A DNA stretch of 64,000 nt, from NCBI GenBank assembly GCA_021323595.1, contig JAJPKR010000016.1, positions 105,286 through 169,285 of the forward strand, read 5' to 3'. The notes under the pieces were generated by a model. It was not told where the DNA came from. It made no database searches and saw only the letters and a program-made list of their open reading frames with translations. Below are positions 1 through 8,852 of this stretch, piece by piece. The DNA is from Terriglobia bacterium. Its GTDB lineage: Bacteria; Acidobacteriota; Terriglobia; Terriglobales; SCQP01. A program made the translations under genes and the position numbers. The first letter of the stretch is position 1, and each line of letters opens with the position of its first letter.

Positions 1-1
1 T

Positions 2-433
<432 letters not shown>

Positions 434-447
434 CCGGAGTCCCAAAC

Positions 448-1812
448 ATGAGCGCCCAAAGCACCCCCGCCGCCCGCAACTCCGCCTCGATGCCGGAGTC
501 AGCCCGCGACCTGCGTTATCAATCCGGCTTCGGCAACGAATTTGCGACCGAAGCCGAGCCCGGCGCGCTGCCGCAAGGCCAGAACGCGCCGCAGCGCGCT
601 CCCTACGGCCTCTACACCGAGCAGATCAGCGGCACCCCGTTTACCGCGCCGCGGGCCCTCAATCGCCGCTCTTGGCTCTACCGCATCCACCCCTCGGTCA
701 AGCACCGGCCCTTCGAGCCGATGGAGCCGGGGCGGCTGCGGAGCGGGCCTTTCAACGAGGTCCCGACGCCGCCCAACCAGCTCCGCTGGCGTCCCCTGCC
801 CATTCCCGATCAGCCCGCGGATTTCGTCGCCGGTCTCGTGACCATGGCCGGCAACGGCGACCCGGCGATGCACAGCGGCGTCGCGCTGCACATCTATGCC
901 GCCAATCGCGACATGGACGATCGCTATTTCTTCAACGCCGACGGCGAGATGCTGATCGTGCCGCAACAGGGCCGCCTGCGCCTGGCCACGGAGATGGGCG
1001 TAATCGAGGCCGTGCCCGGCGAAATCGCGGTCATCCAGCGCGGCATCAAGTTCCGCGTCGCCTTGCCCGACGGCGCGGGCCGCGGCTATATTTGCGAGAA
1101 CTACGGGCCGCTGTTCCGGCTGCCCGACCTCGGCCCGATCGGCGCCAACGGCTTGGCCAATCCCCGCGACTTTCTCACCCCTGCCGCTCGCTATGAAGAT
1201 CGCGAGGGGGCGTTCCAGCTCATCGCCAAATTCCAAGGCCGGCTCTGGAGCGCCGCGCTCGATCATTCCCCCCTCGACGTCGTCGCCTGGCACGGTAACT
1301 ACGCGCCATATAAGTACGACCTCGATCGCTTCAATTGCATCAACACGGTGAGCTTCGATCACCCCGACCCTTCGATTTACACCGTGCTGACGGCCCCCTC
1401 CGAACTGCCCGGAACGGCCAACGTGGACTTCGTGGTTTTTCCGCCGCGCTGGCAGGTCGCGGAGCATACGTTTCGCCCGCCTTGGTTCCATCGCAATTTC
1501 ATGAACGAATTCATGGGCCTCATTCGCGGCCAATACGACGCCAAGGCGGAAGGCTTCGTGCCCGGCGGCGCCAGCCTGCACAATTGCATGGCCGGCCACG
1601 GTCCCGACGCCGCGACCTTCGAGAAAGCCATCGCCGCCGAATTGAAACCCGTCTATTTGGCTGATACCTTGGCCTTCATGTTCGAGACTCGCTTCGTCTG
1701 CCGCCCCACGCGGTTCGCGCTGGAAAGCGCCGAACTCGACGAACAATATTTCGAGTGTTGGCAGGGGCTGGACAAGCGCTTCCACGAACGCTTGCGCGAT
1801 GGTAGAAAGTGA
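448..1812 (+). CDS. hmgA: homogentisate 1,2-dioxygenase
   Basis: 454 aa. Typical HGD sequence ([19 protein letters not shown]...YGLYAEQ-like, [17 protein letters not shown]). It lies between hppD and fahA. Confidence 0.95.
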   Translation: MSAQSTPAARNSASMPESARDLRYQSGFGNEFATEAEPGALPQGQNAPQRAPYGLYTEQISGTPFTAPRALNRRSWLYRIHPSVKHRPFEPMEPGRLRSGPFNEVPTPPNQLRWRPLPIPDQPADFVAGLVTMAGNGDPAMHSGVALHIYAANRDMDDRYFFNADGEMLIVPQQGRLRLATEMGVIEAVPGEIAVIQRGIKFRVALPDGAGRGYICENYGPLFRLPDLGPIGANGLANPRDFLTPAARYEDREGAFQLIAKFQGRLWSAALDHSPLDVVAWHGNYAPYKYDLDRFNCINTVSFDHPDPSIYTVLTAPSELPGTANVDFVVFPPRWQVAEHTFRPPWFHRNFMNEFMGLIRGQYDAKAEGFVPGGASLHNCMAGHGPDAATFEKAIAAELKPVYLADTLAFMFETRFVCRPTRFALESAELDEQYFECWQGLDKRFHERLRDGRK

Positions 1813-2698
1813 AGCCACCGGCACGGCGCGCGGGTTGCTCGCCGGCCTGATCGATTACGCCGGCCTGTTTCCGCCCGCGCGCCTGGGCATGCGCGAAGCG
1901 GTGGCGGCGTATGCCGCCGAGCGCCGCGGCCCGTACGCCTGGGTCCTCGCCCGGTTTGTCGTTGCCGCCGAGCGGCTGGAGGAATTCGCCGCCGCGCGCG
2001 CCGCCCTCAAGCGCGGCGGCGGAATCTGGCCGCTGAGCGTCATCGTGCATGGGGACCGGAAGGAAGGGCCGGCGCAACTTTTCGCCTTCAACGATGCCCA
2101 CGCCGCCCATTGCCGCATCGAGGCGGTGGAGTTTCGGGCGAATGGCGTGGCCGAGATTGCCGCCTGCGCCCGCATTTGGCCGGCGGCATTCGAGCGGTAT
2201 TGCGAATTGCCCCTCGCCTCCACCGATTGGGCGCGCTGCCTGCCGCCGCTGCGCGCCGCCGGATTGCGCGTCAAGATTCGCACCGGCGGGCTGGTCCCCG
2301 AGGCGTTTCCCGCGACCGGGGCGCTGGCGCGCTTCTTGCTGCGCTGCGCCGATGCTGGCTTGACCTTCAAGGCTACGGCGGGGCTGCATCACGCTCTGCG
2401 CGGGGCCTACGCCCTCTCCCCCGAGCCCGCCAGCCCGCGCGTGCCCATGCACGGCTTCCTCAACCTAGTGTTGGCCTGTGCCTACGCGCGCCGCAGTTGG
2501 GACGCGGCACGCCTGGAAGCCGTGCTGCTCGAAACCTCCGCGAACGCGTTTACCTTCGATGGCGAGGGCGCGGCCTGGCGCGGCGAGCGCCTCTCTGCCG
2601 AGGAGCTGGCGCTGGCGCGTCGCGCGTTCTTCCAGGGCTTCGGCTCCTGTTCCATCGCCGAGCCGATCGGCGAACTGCGCGCTCTGCAGCTCCTATGA
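1799..2698 (+). CDS. uncharacterised conserved-looking protein embedded in the homogentisate cluster
   Basis: 299 aa with high third-position GC, consistent with coding. The ATG overlaps the hmgA 3' end by 14 nt, and the stop overlaps the fahA start (ATGA). I recognise no family; notable strings are KIRTGG and FKATAGLHH. Confidence 0.7.
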   Translation: MVESEATGTARGLLAGLIDYAGLFPPARLGMREAVAAYAAERRGPYAWVLARFVVAAERLEEFAAARAALKRGGGIWPLSVIVHGDRKEGPAQLFAFNDAHAAHCRIEAVEFRANGVAEIAACARIWPAAFERYCELPLASTDWARCLPPLRAAGLRVKIRTGGLVPEAFPATGALARFLLRCADAGLTFKATAGLHHALRGAYALSPEPASPRVPMHGFLNLVLACAYARRSWDAARLEAVLLETSANAFTFDGEGAAWRGERLSAEELALARRAFFQGFGSCSIAEPIGELRALQLL

Positions 2699-4032
2699 CC
2701 GCGGTACTGGACGCGACCCACGACCCTGCCGCCGCCAGTTGGGTTGAGGCTGCGCAGGATCCCACGACCGATTTTCCGCTCCAGAATCTCCCGTTCGGGG
2801 CCTTTCGTCCCGCGCCGCCGCCGCAACCGCCGCGTCTCGGCGTCGCCATCGGCGACCGCGTGCTCGACCTCGCCGGACTGGCGGCCGCGAACCTGCTCGG
2901 CGCCGAACTCGCTCCCGCCGCCGCGGCGCTTGCGGAACCGCACCTCAATCGCCTGATGGCGCTCGAACCCGCGCTCCTCCAGGCGCTGCGGCGCCGGCTC
3001 TTCGCTTTGTTGCATTCCTCCGCCTCCGAGAGCCAGCGCGCCGCTTTAGGTTCTCTACTCCATCCCCTGGACCGGGTTGAACTTTGCTTGCCTGTCGCCG
3101 TCGGCGATTACACCGACTTTTACTCCTCCATCCATCACGCCACCCGGGTCGGCCAACTCTTCCGCCCCGATCATCCGCTCTTGCCCAATTACAAATGGGT
3201 GCCGATCGGCTATCACGGACGCGCCTCCTCGCTGGTGCCGAGCGGTGCCGCGATCCGGCGCCCGTGCGGGCAAGCCGCGCCGCCGGCGGATCGGCCGGAT
3301 TCGGCGCCGCTCTTCGGCCCCAGCCGCCGCTTGGACTATGAACTCGAGTTGGGCTTCCTCGTCGGCGCCGGCAATGCTTTGGGCGAGCCGGTGCCGATCG
3401 CCAAGGCCGGCGGCCATTTCTTCGGCGTCTGCCTGGTCAACGATTGGTCGGCGCGCGACATTCAAGCGTGGGAATACCAGCCGCTCGGCCCCTTCCTCGG
3501 TAAGAACTTCGCCACCACGCTCTCACCCTGGGTCGTGACCCTCGATGCGCTCGCCCCCTTTCGGGCCGCCGCCGCCGCGCGCCCGCCGGGCGATCCCGCG
3601 CCCTTGCCGTACTTGTTCGATGCCGCCGACCAGGCGTCCGGAGCGCTGGACATTTTCGTCGAGGCGGCGCTGCGCACGGCCGCCATGCGCCAAGCGGGGA
3701 TGGCGCCGCACCCGCTCAGCCGCGCCGGCGCCCGCGACCTCTATTGGACGCCGGCGCAAATGCTTGCCCACCATACCAGCAACGGGTGTCCGCTCCGGCC
3801 CGGCGATCTCCTCGCCACCGGCACCATCTCCGGACCCGAGCCCGGCAGCGCCGGGTGCCTGCTCGAACTTACCTCCGGCGGTCGCGCACCGCTCCGCCTG
3901 CCGAACGGCGAATCGCGCCAATTCCTCGCCGACGGCGACGAGGTCGTGTTCCGCGCCTACTGCGAACGCCCGGGCTGGCGCCGCCTGGGCTGGGGCGAGT
4001 GCCGCGGCCGCATTCTGCCCGCCGGAGCCTAG
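2695..4032 (+). CDS. fahA: fumarylacetoacetase
   Basis: This is the in-frame ATG at 2695 inside track ORF 2110..4032. From [29 protein letters not shown] onward it is typical FAH (N-terminal domain plus FAA hydrolase fold, e.g. DYELELG, CLVNDWSARDIQ.WEY.PLGPF). The upstream 195 codons of the track ORF overlap the previous gene and are Arg/Ala-rich. Confidence 0.9.
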   Translation: MTAVLDATHDPAAASWVEAAQDPTTDFPLQNLPFGAFRPAPPPQPPRLGVAIGDRVLDLAGLAAANLLGAELAPAAAALAEPHLNRLMALEPALLQALRRRLFALLHSSASESQRAALGSLLHPLDRVELCLPVAVGDYTDFYSSIHHATRVGQLFRPDHPLLPNYKWVPIGYHGRASSLVPSGAAIRRPCGQAAPPADRPDSAPLFGPSRRLDYELELGFLVGAGNALGEPVPIAKAGGHFFGVCLVNDWSARDIQAWEYQPLGPFLGKNFATTLSPWVVTLDALAPFRAAAAARPPGDPAPLPYLFDAADQASGALDIFVEAALRTAAMRQAGMAPHPLSRAGARDLYWTPAQMLAHHTSNGCPLRPGDLLATGTISGPEPGSAGCLLELTSGGRAPLRLPNGESRQFLADGDEVVFRAYCERPGWRRLGWGECRGRILPAGA

Positions 4033-4083
4033 CGGCGCGCACTGCGCCCGACTCGAACCCGCCGCAATTGCCGCGGCGGCCAG

Positions 4084-5067
4084 CTACCAGGGATGGTGCT
4101 CGCGGTACCAGGCCACCGTCCGCGCCAAGCCGACTTCCAAGCGCGTTTCCGCCCGCCAGCCGAGTTCCGCCGCCGCCAGCGTCGGATCCAGGAACTGCCG
4201 GTCAATTTCACCGGTCGCCGTGCCCTGAATGTCGGGTTCGAGATCGCCGCGGCCGCAGGCTCCCAATATCGCATGCACCAGATCGAGCACCGCCAGCGGC
4301 TGATCGGTGCCGAGATTGAAGGCGTCGCCGCGATGGCGGCCGGCGCCGAGACTCTCCGCCAGCAGGAGATAGCCGCGCACGGCATCTTCGACGTAGAGGT
4401 AGTCGCGCACCGGCGATCCGTCGCTGCGCACCACCGGCCGCTCGCCTTGCAGCGCCGCGCGAATCGTGCCCGGCACGATCCGCGACCAGTTGAGGTCGCC
4501 GCCGCCATAGAGATTCGCGCAGCGGGTCACCGCCACCGGCAAACCATAACTGTGAAAATAGCCGCGCGCGATCAGATCGGCGCACGCCTTGGAGACGTCG
4601 TAGGGAAAACGGGGCTGCAGGCAAAAGTCCTCGCGGTAGGGCAGCCGGTCATGCGAGCCGTAGGCTTTGTCGCTCGATGCCACGACCACCGCCGCGAGCC
4701 CGCGCGCATGCCGGCGGCAGGCTTCCAGCAGCATCCAAGTGCCGCGAATATTGGCTTCGAAGGTCGCCGCCGGGCTGCGCTGCGCCACCCCCACCAGCGT
4801 TTGGGCCGCCAAATGCAGGACGACGCTCGGCTCATACTCGGCCAGCGCCCGCTCGCAACTGGCGCCGTCCTCGACCGCGCCGCGGACGCGCGTCACCCGT
4901 TCCGCCAGGCCCATCAGTTCCAGCGTGCCCGGCCGCGGCTCGTCGCGCACCAGCGCGATCACTTGCGCGCCCGCATCGAGCAGGGCCCGGCAGAGCCAAG
5001 CGCCCAAAAATCCGTTCGCGCCCGTCACCAGCACGGCGCGGTCCCGCCAAGTGAAATTCATGGTCAT
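4084..5067 (-). CDS. NAD-dependent epimerase/dehydratase (CDP-glucose 4,6-dehydratase-like)
   Basis: Start chosen at MTMNFTWRDRAVLVTGANGFLGAWL (Rossmann GxxGxxG). SSDKAYG and YDVSKACADL give the SDR S..YxxxK catalytic pattern. The upstream 127 codons of the track ORF are not protein-like. Confidence 0.85.
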   Translation of the reverse strand: MTMNFTWRDRAVLVTGANGFLGAWLCRALLDAGAQVIALVRDEPRPGTLELMGLAERVTRVRGAVEDGASCERALAEYEPSVVLHLAAQTLVGVAQRSPAATFEANIRGTWMLLEACRRHARGLAAVVVASSDKAYGSHDRLPYREDFCLQPRFPYDVSKACADLIARGYFHSYGLPVAVTRCANLYGGGDLNWSRIVPGTIRAALQGERPVVRSDGSPVRDYLYVEDAVRGYLLLAESLGAGRHRGDAFNLGTDQPLAVLDLVHAILGACGRGDLEPDIQGTATGEIDRQFLDPTLAAAELGWRAETRLEVGLARTVAWYREHHPW

Positions 5068-6131
5068 CCGCTGTGGCGAATATGCATCACGTCGCCGTCC
5101 TTCACGATGTAGTCCTTGCCCTCGAGCCGCAGCTTGCCTTTTTCCCGCGCAGCAGCTTCCCCGCCCAGCGCCAGCAACTCGTCCCAGCGAATCACTTCGG
5201 CACGAATGAAGTGCTTCGCAAGATCGGTATGAATCGCCGCCGCCGCATCCACCGCGCGCGTGCCTGCGGCGATGGTCCAGGCGCGGCACTCGTCCTCGCC
5301 GGCGGTGAAAAACGAAATCAATCCCAAGAGCTGATAGGCCGCGCGCGCCAGCCGCGTCAAACCTGATTCCTGCAACCCATAGCTCGCCAGAAACGCCGCC
5401 GCTTCCTCGCCCGGCAGTCCGGCGATCTCGGCCTCGATCTTGGCGCACACTGCGACCACGCCCGTCTTGGGCGCCGGCTCCGCGGCCAGGTCCGCCGCGG
5501 CCACCGCGCCCGCAAGGTCCGCCGCCTGGTCTTCGCCTACGTTCAGCGCATACAGGATCGGCTTTTGGCTGAGGAACTGGAAGCCGCGCGTCAGCTTCTC
5601 CTCGGCCGCAGTCAGCGCCATGGTGCGGAGCGGCTTTTCCGCCTCCAATTGCGCCTGCATGCGCTCGAGCAGCGCCGCCTCATCGGCGAGCGCCGCGCTG
5701 CGCTGCTTCTTCAAATCTTTCTGCACCCGTTCCCGGCGCTTTTCCACCTGGCCAAGATCGCTCACGATCAGATCGAATTCCAGGCGCGCAATGTCGCGCC
5801 GCGGGTCGATACCCCCGCCCGCGTGCGGCACCGAGGGGTCCTCGAACGCCCGCACGACATGGATCAAGGCATCCACCCCGCGCAATTCGGCGATGCCGGT
5901 GCCGTCGCGCAGCGACGCCTCCGTGAGGGAGGCCACGTCCACCAACTCCAGCGTCGCATGCGTGAGCTTTCGTGGGTGGTACAACTCCGCCAGCCGCTCC
6001 AGGCGATCGTCGGGAACCTTCGCCACGCCTACGGCGTCCTCCCGCCGCCCCGCCACAGGCGTCACGCCCGTCAGCATGCTGAAGAGAGCTGTTTTGCCTA
6101 CCTGCGGCAGGCCCACGATTCCCGTTTTCAT
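5064..6131 (-). CDS. ychF: redox-regulated ATPase YchF (Obg-family GTP-binding protein)
   Basis: MKTGIVGLPQVGKTALF P-loop and a C-terminal TGS-like end (GKDYIVKDGDVMHIR). The stop overlaps the epimerase start by 4 nt. Confidence 0.95.
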   Translation of the reverse strand: MKTGIVGLPQVGKTALFSMLTGVTPVAGRREDAVGVAKVPDDRLERLAELYHPRKLTHATLELVDVASLTEASLRDGTGIAELRGVDALIHVVRAFEDPSVPHAGGGIDPRRDIARLEFDLIVSDLGQVEKRRERVQKDLKKQRSAALADEAALLERMQAQLEAEKPLRTMALTAAEEKLTRGFQFLSQKPILYALNVGEDQAADLAGAVAAADLAAEPAPKTGVVAVCAKIEAEIAGLPGEEAAAFLASYGLQESGLTRLARAAYQLLGLISFFTAGEDECRAWTIAAGTRAVDAAAAIHTDLAKHFIRAEVIRWDELLALGGEAAAREKGKLRLEGKDYIVKDGDVMHIRHSG

Positions 6132-6491
6132 CGCTTAGCGCGATCCCCCTCTTCGGGCGCACCCCCATCGGGGTGGTACAGACGCGAATTCTCAACATAA
6201 CATCGTGGACTCGGGCGCATCCGCCGCCGCCTTCCCGAAACGGCACCCCACCCGCACGTAGCCCGCCAGCCGCCCGGCGCAAAAAGTGGGAATCGCAAGC
6301 AACACTGCTGGAGGAGAACTGCATCGTAGCCAGCTGAGCCGGTGGGACGGCGCGGCGCCGCGACGTGGCGCCGACCGCTCGGCTCCGGCGGCGAGTGCCG
6401 CCGCGAAACTCGTGGGGACGAAAGCGTGTCCAGGCAACCTCAAGCTCGCGTTGGTTCATCCCACCGGGGCATCAATTCCAGCCGACGAGGG

Positions 6492-7100
6492 ATGACTCTG
6501 ACGAATCGAGCGTTAGCGACCGAATCCTGGAACGAAGCAGAGGCGATTGATCGAGCCAAGCAAGGCGATGCGGAGGCGTTCGCGTTCTTGTACCACCGCC
6601 ATAAGCGGCGTGTCTATTCGCTGTGCCTGCGCATGACCGGCAACACCGCCGAGGCCGACGACCTGGCGCAAGAGGCTTTTCTCCAGCTCTTCCGCAAGAT
6701 CGCCACCTTCCGCGGCGAAAGCGCCTTTTCCACCTGGCTGCATCGGCTTTCCGTCAATGTGGTGCTGATGCATCTCAGGCGCAAGGGCCTGCCGGAAGTG
6801 TCTCTGGAGGAAACGACCGAACCGACGCAAGAAGACGGGCCCAAGCGCGATATCGGCAGCCCGGACCTGGCGCTGATCGGTTCCGTGGACCGCGTGAATT
6901 TGGAACGCGCCATTCATCGCTTGCCTCCCGGGTACCGCACTATCTTCGTCCTCCACGACATGGAAGGCTATGAACATAACGAAATCGCGGAGATGATTCG
7001 GTGCTCGATCGGTAATTCGAAATCGCAACTTCACAAGGCCCGCATGAAACTGCGCGACCTGCTCCAACTGCCTCACACCCAAGGCGCGGCGCGGTCTTAA
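6492..7100 (+). CDS. ECF-type RNA polymerase sigma-70 family factor
   Basis: Region 2 ([38 protein letters not shown]) and region 4 HTH ([40 protein letters not shown]). Start set at ATG 6492 (MTLTN). Confidence 0.9.
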   Translation: MTLTNRALATESWNEAEAIDRAKQGDAEAFAFLYHRHKRRVYSLCLRMTGNTAEADDLAQEAFLQLFRKIATFRGESAFSTWLHRLSVNVVLMHLRRKGLPEVSLEETTEPTQEDGPKRDIGSPDLALIGSVDRVNLERAIHRLPPGYRTIFVLHDMEGYEHNEIAEMIRCSIGNSKSQLHKARMKLRDLLQLPHTQGAARS

Positions 7101-7172
7101 CAGTTTCCGTCCTCCTAGCAAGATGAGACATAATAAGAGGCGTAGCGGCCTTGGCGCTCTTGGGAGAGGGCC

Positions 7173-7511
7173 ATGTCTGATTGTGAGAGCTTTGATACCG
7201 CGTTGGCCGCGTCGCCGGACCTGAACCGCCTGGCGCGCCGGGCGCGGGCGCATGCCGGGTCCTGCCGGCGCTGCGCCGCGCTGCTGCGGGATCTGGAGCT
7301 GATCGTGGAACGGGCGGCTTCGCTGGCGGCGAATGCCAGCGAGCCGGACCCGCCGCCTCAGCTTTGGGACCAAATCCGCCGCCAACTGGAAAAAGAAGGC
7401 GTGATTCACGCCAACGGCCGCACTACGCCGCGCCGCGCCAAACCGCGCCCTAAGAGCGGCGGCGGTCCCTTGCCGCGCCTGGTCCACAGCACGCCTCGTT
7501 CCGGCGGCTAA
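7173..7511 (+). CDS. putative zinc-binding (ZAS-type) anti-sigma factor, no TM segment
   Basis: It lies immediately downstream of the ECF sigma gene. It contains the H-x3-C-x2-C motif (HAGSCRRC). 112 aa with no hydrophobic helix. Confidence 0.65.
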   Translation: MSDCESFDTALAASPDLNRLARRARAHAGSCRRCAALLRDLELIVERAASLAANASEPDPPPQLWDQIRRQLEKEGVIHANGRTTPRRAKPRPKSGGGPLPRLVHSTPRSGG

Positions 7512-7644
7512 CCGCCGCCCCCGCCGCCGTTGCGCGCGCCCGGGCAAGCCGGCGTTTCTCGTCCTTGCGTGCTCGCCGCTTCCCGACGGTGCTCTTCCGC
7601 AGTGTTCCGCAGCTTCGGCCAAATTGGCCTACTATGGGCACGAC

Positions 7645-8751
7645 ATGCGTGCCATCGCCATCACTCCGCAAAAAGGCAATCCTCATCTGGTGGACCGCCC
7701 CGCGCCTGCCGCCCCCGGCGCCAACCAAGTCCTGCTGCGCATCCTGGCTGTCGGGATCTGCGGCACCGACCGGGAAGAGGCGACAGGCGATTACGCGCAA
7801 CCGCCCGCCGGCGCCAATGAGCTGGTGATCGGCCATGAAATGCTGGGCCAGGTCGAAGCCGTGGGAACGGCCGTGCGCCGCGTCGGCGCGGGTGATCGCG
7901 CCGTCTTCACCGTCCGCCGCGGCTGCGGCCGATGCGGTCCTTGCGCGATGAACCGCTCCGATATGTGCCAGACGGGGCTGTATCGCGAACGCGGCATTCG
8001 CGGGCTCGACGGCTATCAAACCGAGCGCGTGCTCGACGACGAGCAGTATGTGGTGCGGGTGCCGCCCGAGCTGGGTCTCGCCGGGGTGCTGACCGAACCC
8101 ACTTCCGTAGCGGAGAAGGCCATCGACGAGGCCGTGCGCCTGCAAATCGCCCGCCAGCCCTTTGCCGGCGCCACCCCCGATTGGCTCTATGGCCGCCGCT
8201 GTCTGGTCGCCGGGCTCGGGCCGATCGGCCTGCTGGCCGCGCTTATCCTGCGCCTGCGCGGCGCCCAGGTCTACGGCCTCGACATCGTTCCCGAGGATTC
8301 CGCCCGGCCGCAATGGCTGCGCGCCATCGGCGGTTCCTACATCAACGGCAAGCAATCTCCCTCCGACGCCCTGCGCGACCTCACCGCGGGCGGCGCCGAA
8401 TTGATTGTCGAGGCCGCCGGCATCGCCACGCTCTCCTTCGAGCTCGTGGACGCGCTCGCGCCGGGCGGCGCCTACGTCCTCACCGGCCTGCCCGGCGGCG
8501 ATCGGCCCTTGCAGCTTTCCGGCAGCGCGCTGATTCGCCGCTTGGTCCTCGGCAATCACGCGATGGTGGGCAGCGTGAATGCCGCGCGCGGGCATTTTCA
8601 AATGGCCGTGGACGACCTCCATGCCGCACAGCTCCGCTGGCCCGGCCACTTGGAAAAGCTCATCACGCACCGTCATGCGCCCGACGACTTTGCCGCCGTC
8701 TTCACCCAGCATCCTCCGGACGAAATCAAAGCCGTCATCCTCTGGGAATAA
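7645..8751 (+). CDS. zinc-dependent alcohol dehydrogenase family protein (glucose/threonine dehydrogenase-like)
   Basis: GICGTDRE and GHEMLGQV zinc-ligand motifs and a GLGPIGLL Rossmann motif. The start is ambiguous between TTG 7624 and ATG 7645. Confidence 0.85.
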   Translation: MRAIAITPQKGNPHLVDRPAPAAPGANQVLLRILAVGICGTDREEATGDYAQPPAGANELVIGHEMLGQVEAVGTAVRRVGAGDRAVFTVRRGCGRCGPCAMNRSDMCQTGLYRERGIRGLDGYQTERVLDDEQYVVRVPPELGLAGVLTEPTSVAEKAIDEAVRLQIARQPFAGATPDWLYGRRCLVAGLGPIGLLAALILRLRGAQVYGLDIVPEDSARPQWLRAIGGSYINGKQSPSDALRDLTAGGAELIVEAAGIATLSFELVDALAPGGAYVLTGLPGGDRPLQLSGSALIRRLVLGNHAMVGSVNAARGHFQMAVDDLHAAQLRWPGHLEKLITHRHAPDDFAAVFTQHPPDEIKAVILWE

Positions 8752-8852
8752 CTGCGGCCGGCCCCGGCTCTCCGGCGGGAAATCGCCTCGCCCCCGGGCT
8801 CTATGGTAGAGTTCACGCTTTCAATTCAACTCTGTCCGGGAGGGCCTTGCGC

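Noticed and set aside
6405-6430. Autoregulatory ECF promoter (GAAAC-N15-CGTG) upstream of the sigma factor gene. A second similar string (GAAAC-N15-CGTA) lies near 6235..6260.
   Set aside because: The AAC-to-CGT spacing is shorter than the usual 16-17 nt, the -35 is GAAAC rather than GGAAC, and two equally weak candidates exist.
7932-8852. N-terminal 307 codons of track ORF 7932..11537.
   Set aside because: This part overlaps the Zn-ADH gene in another frame and is Arg-rich. The peptidase begins with a clear signal peptide at GTG 8853.
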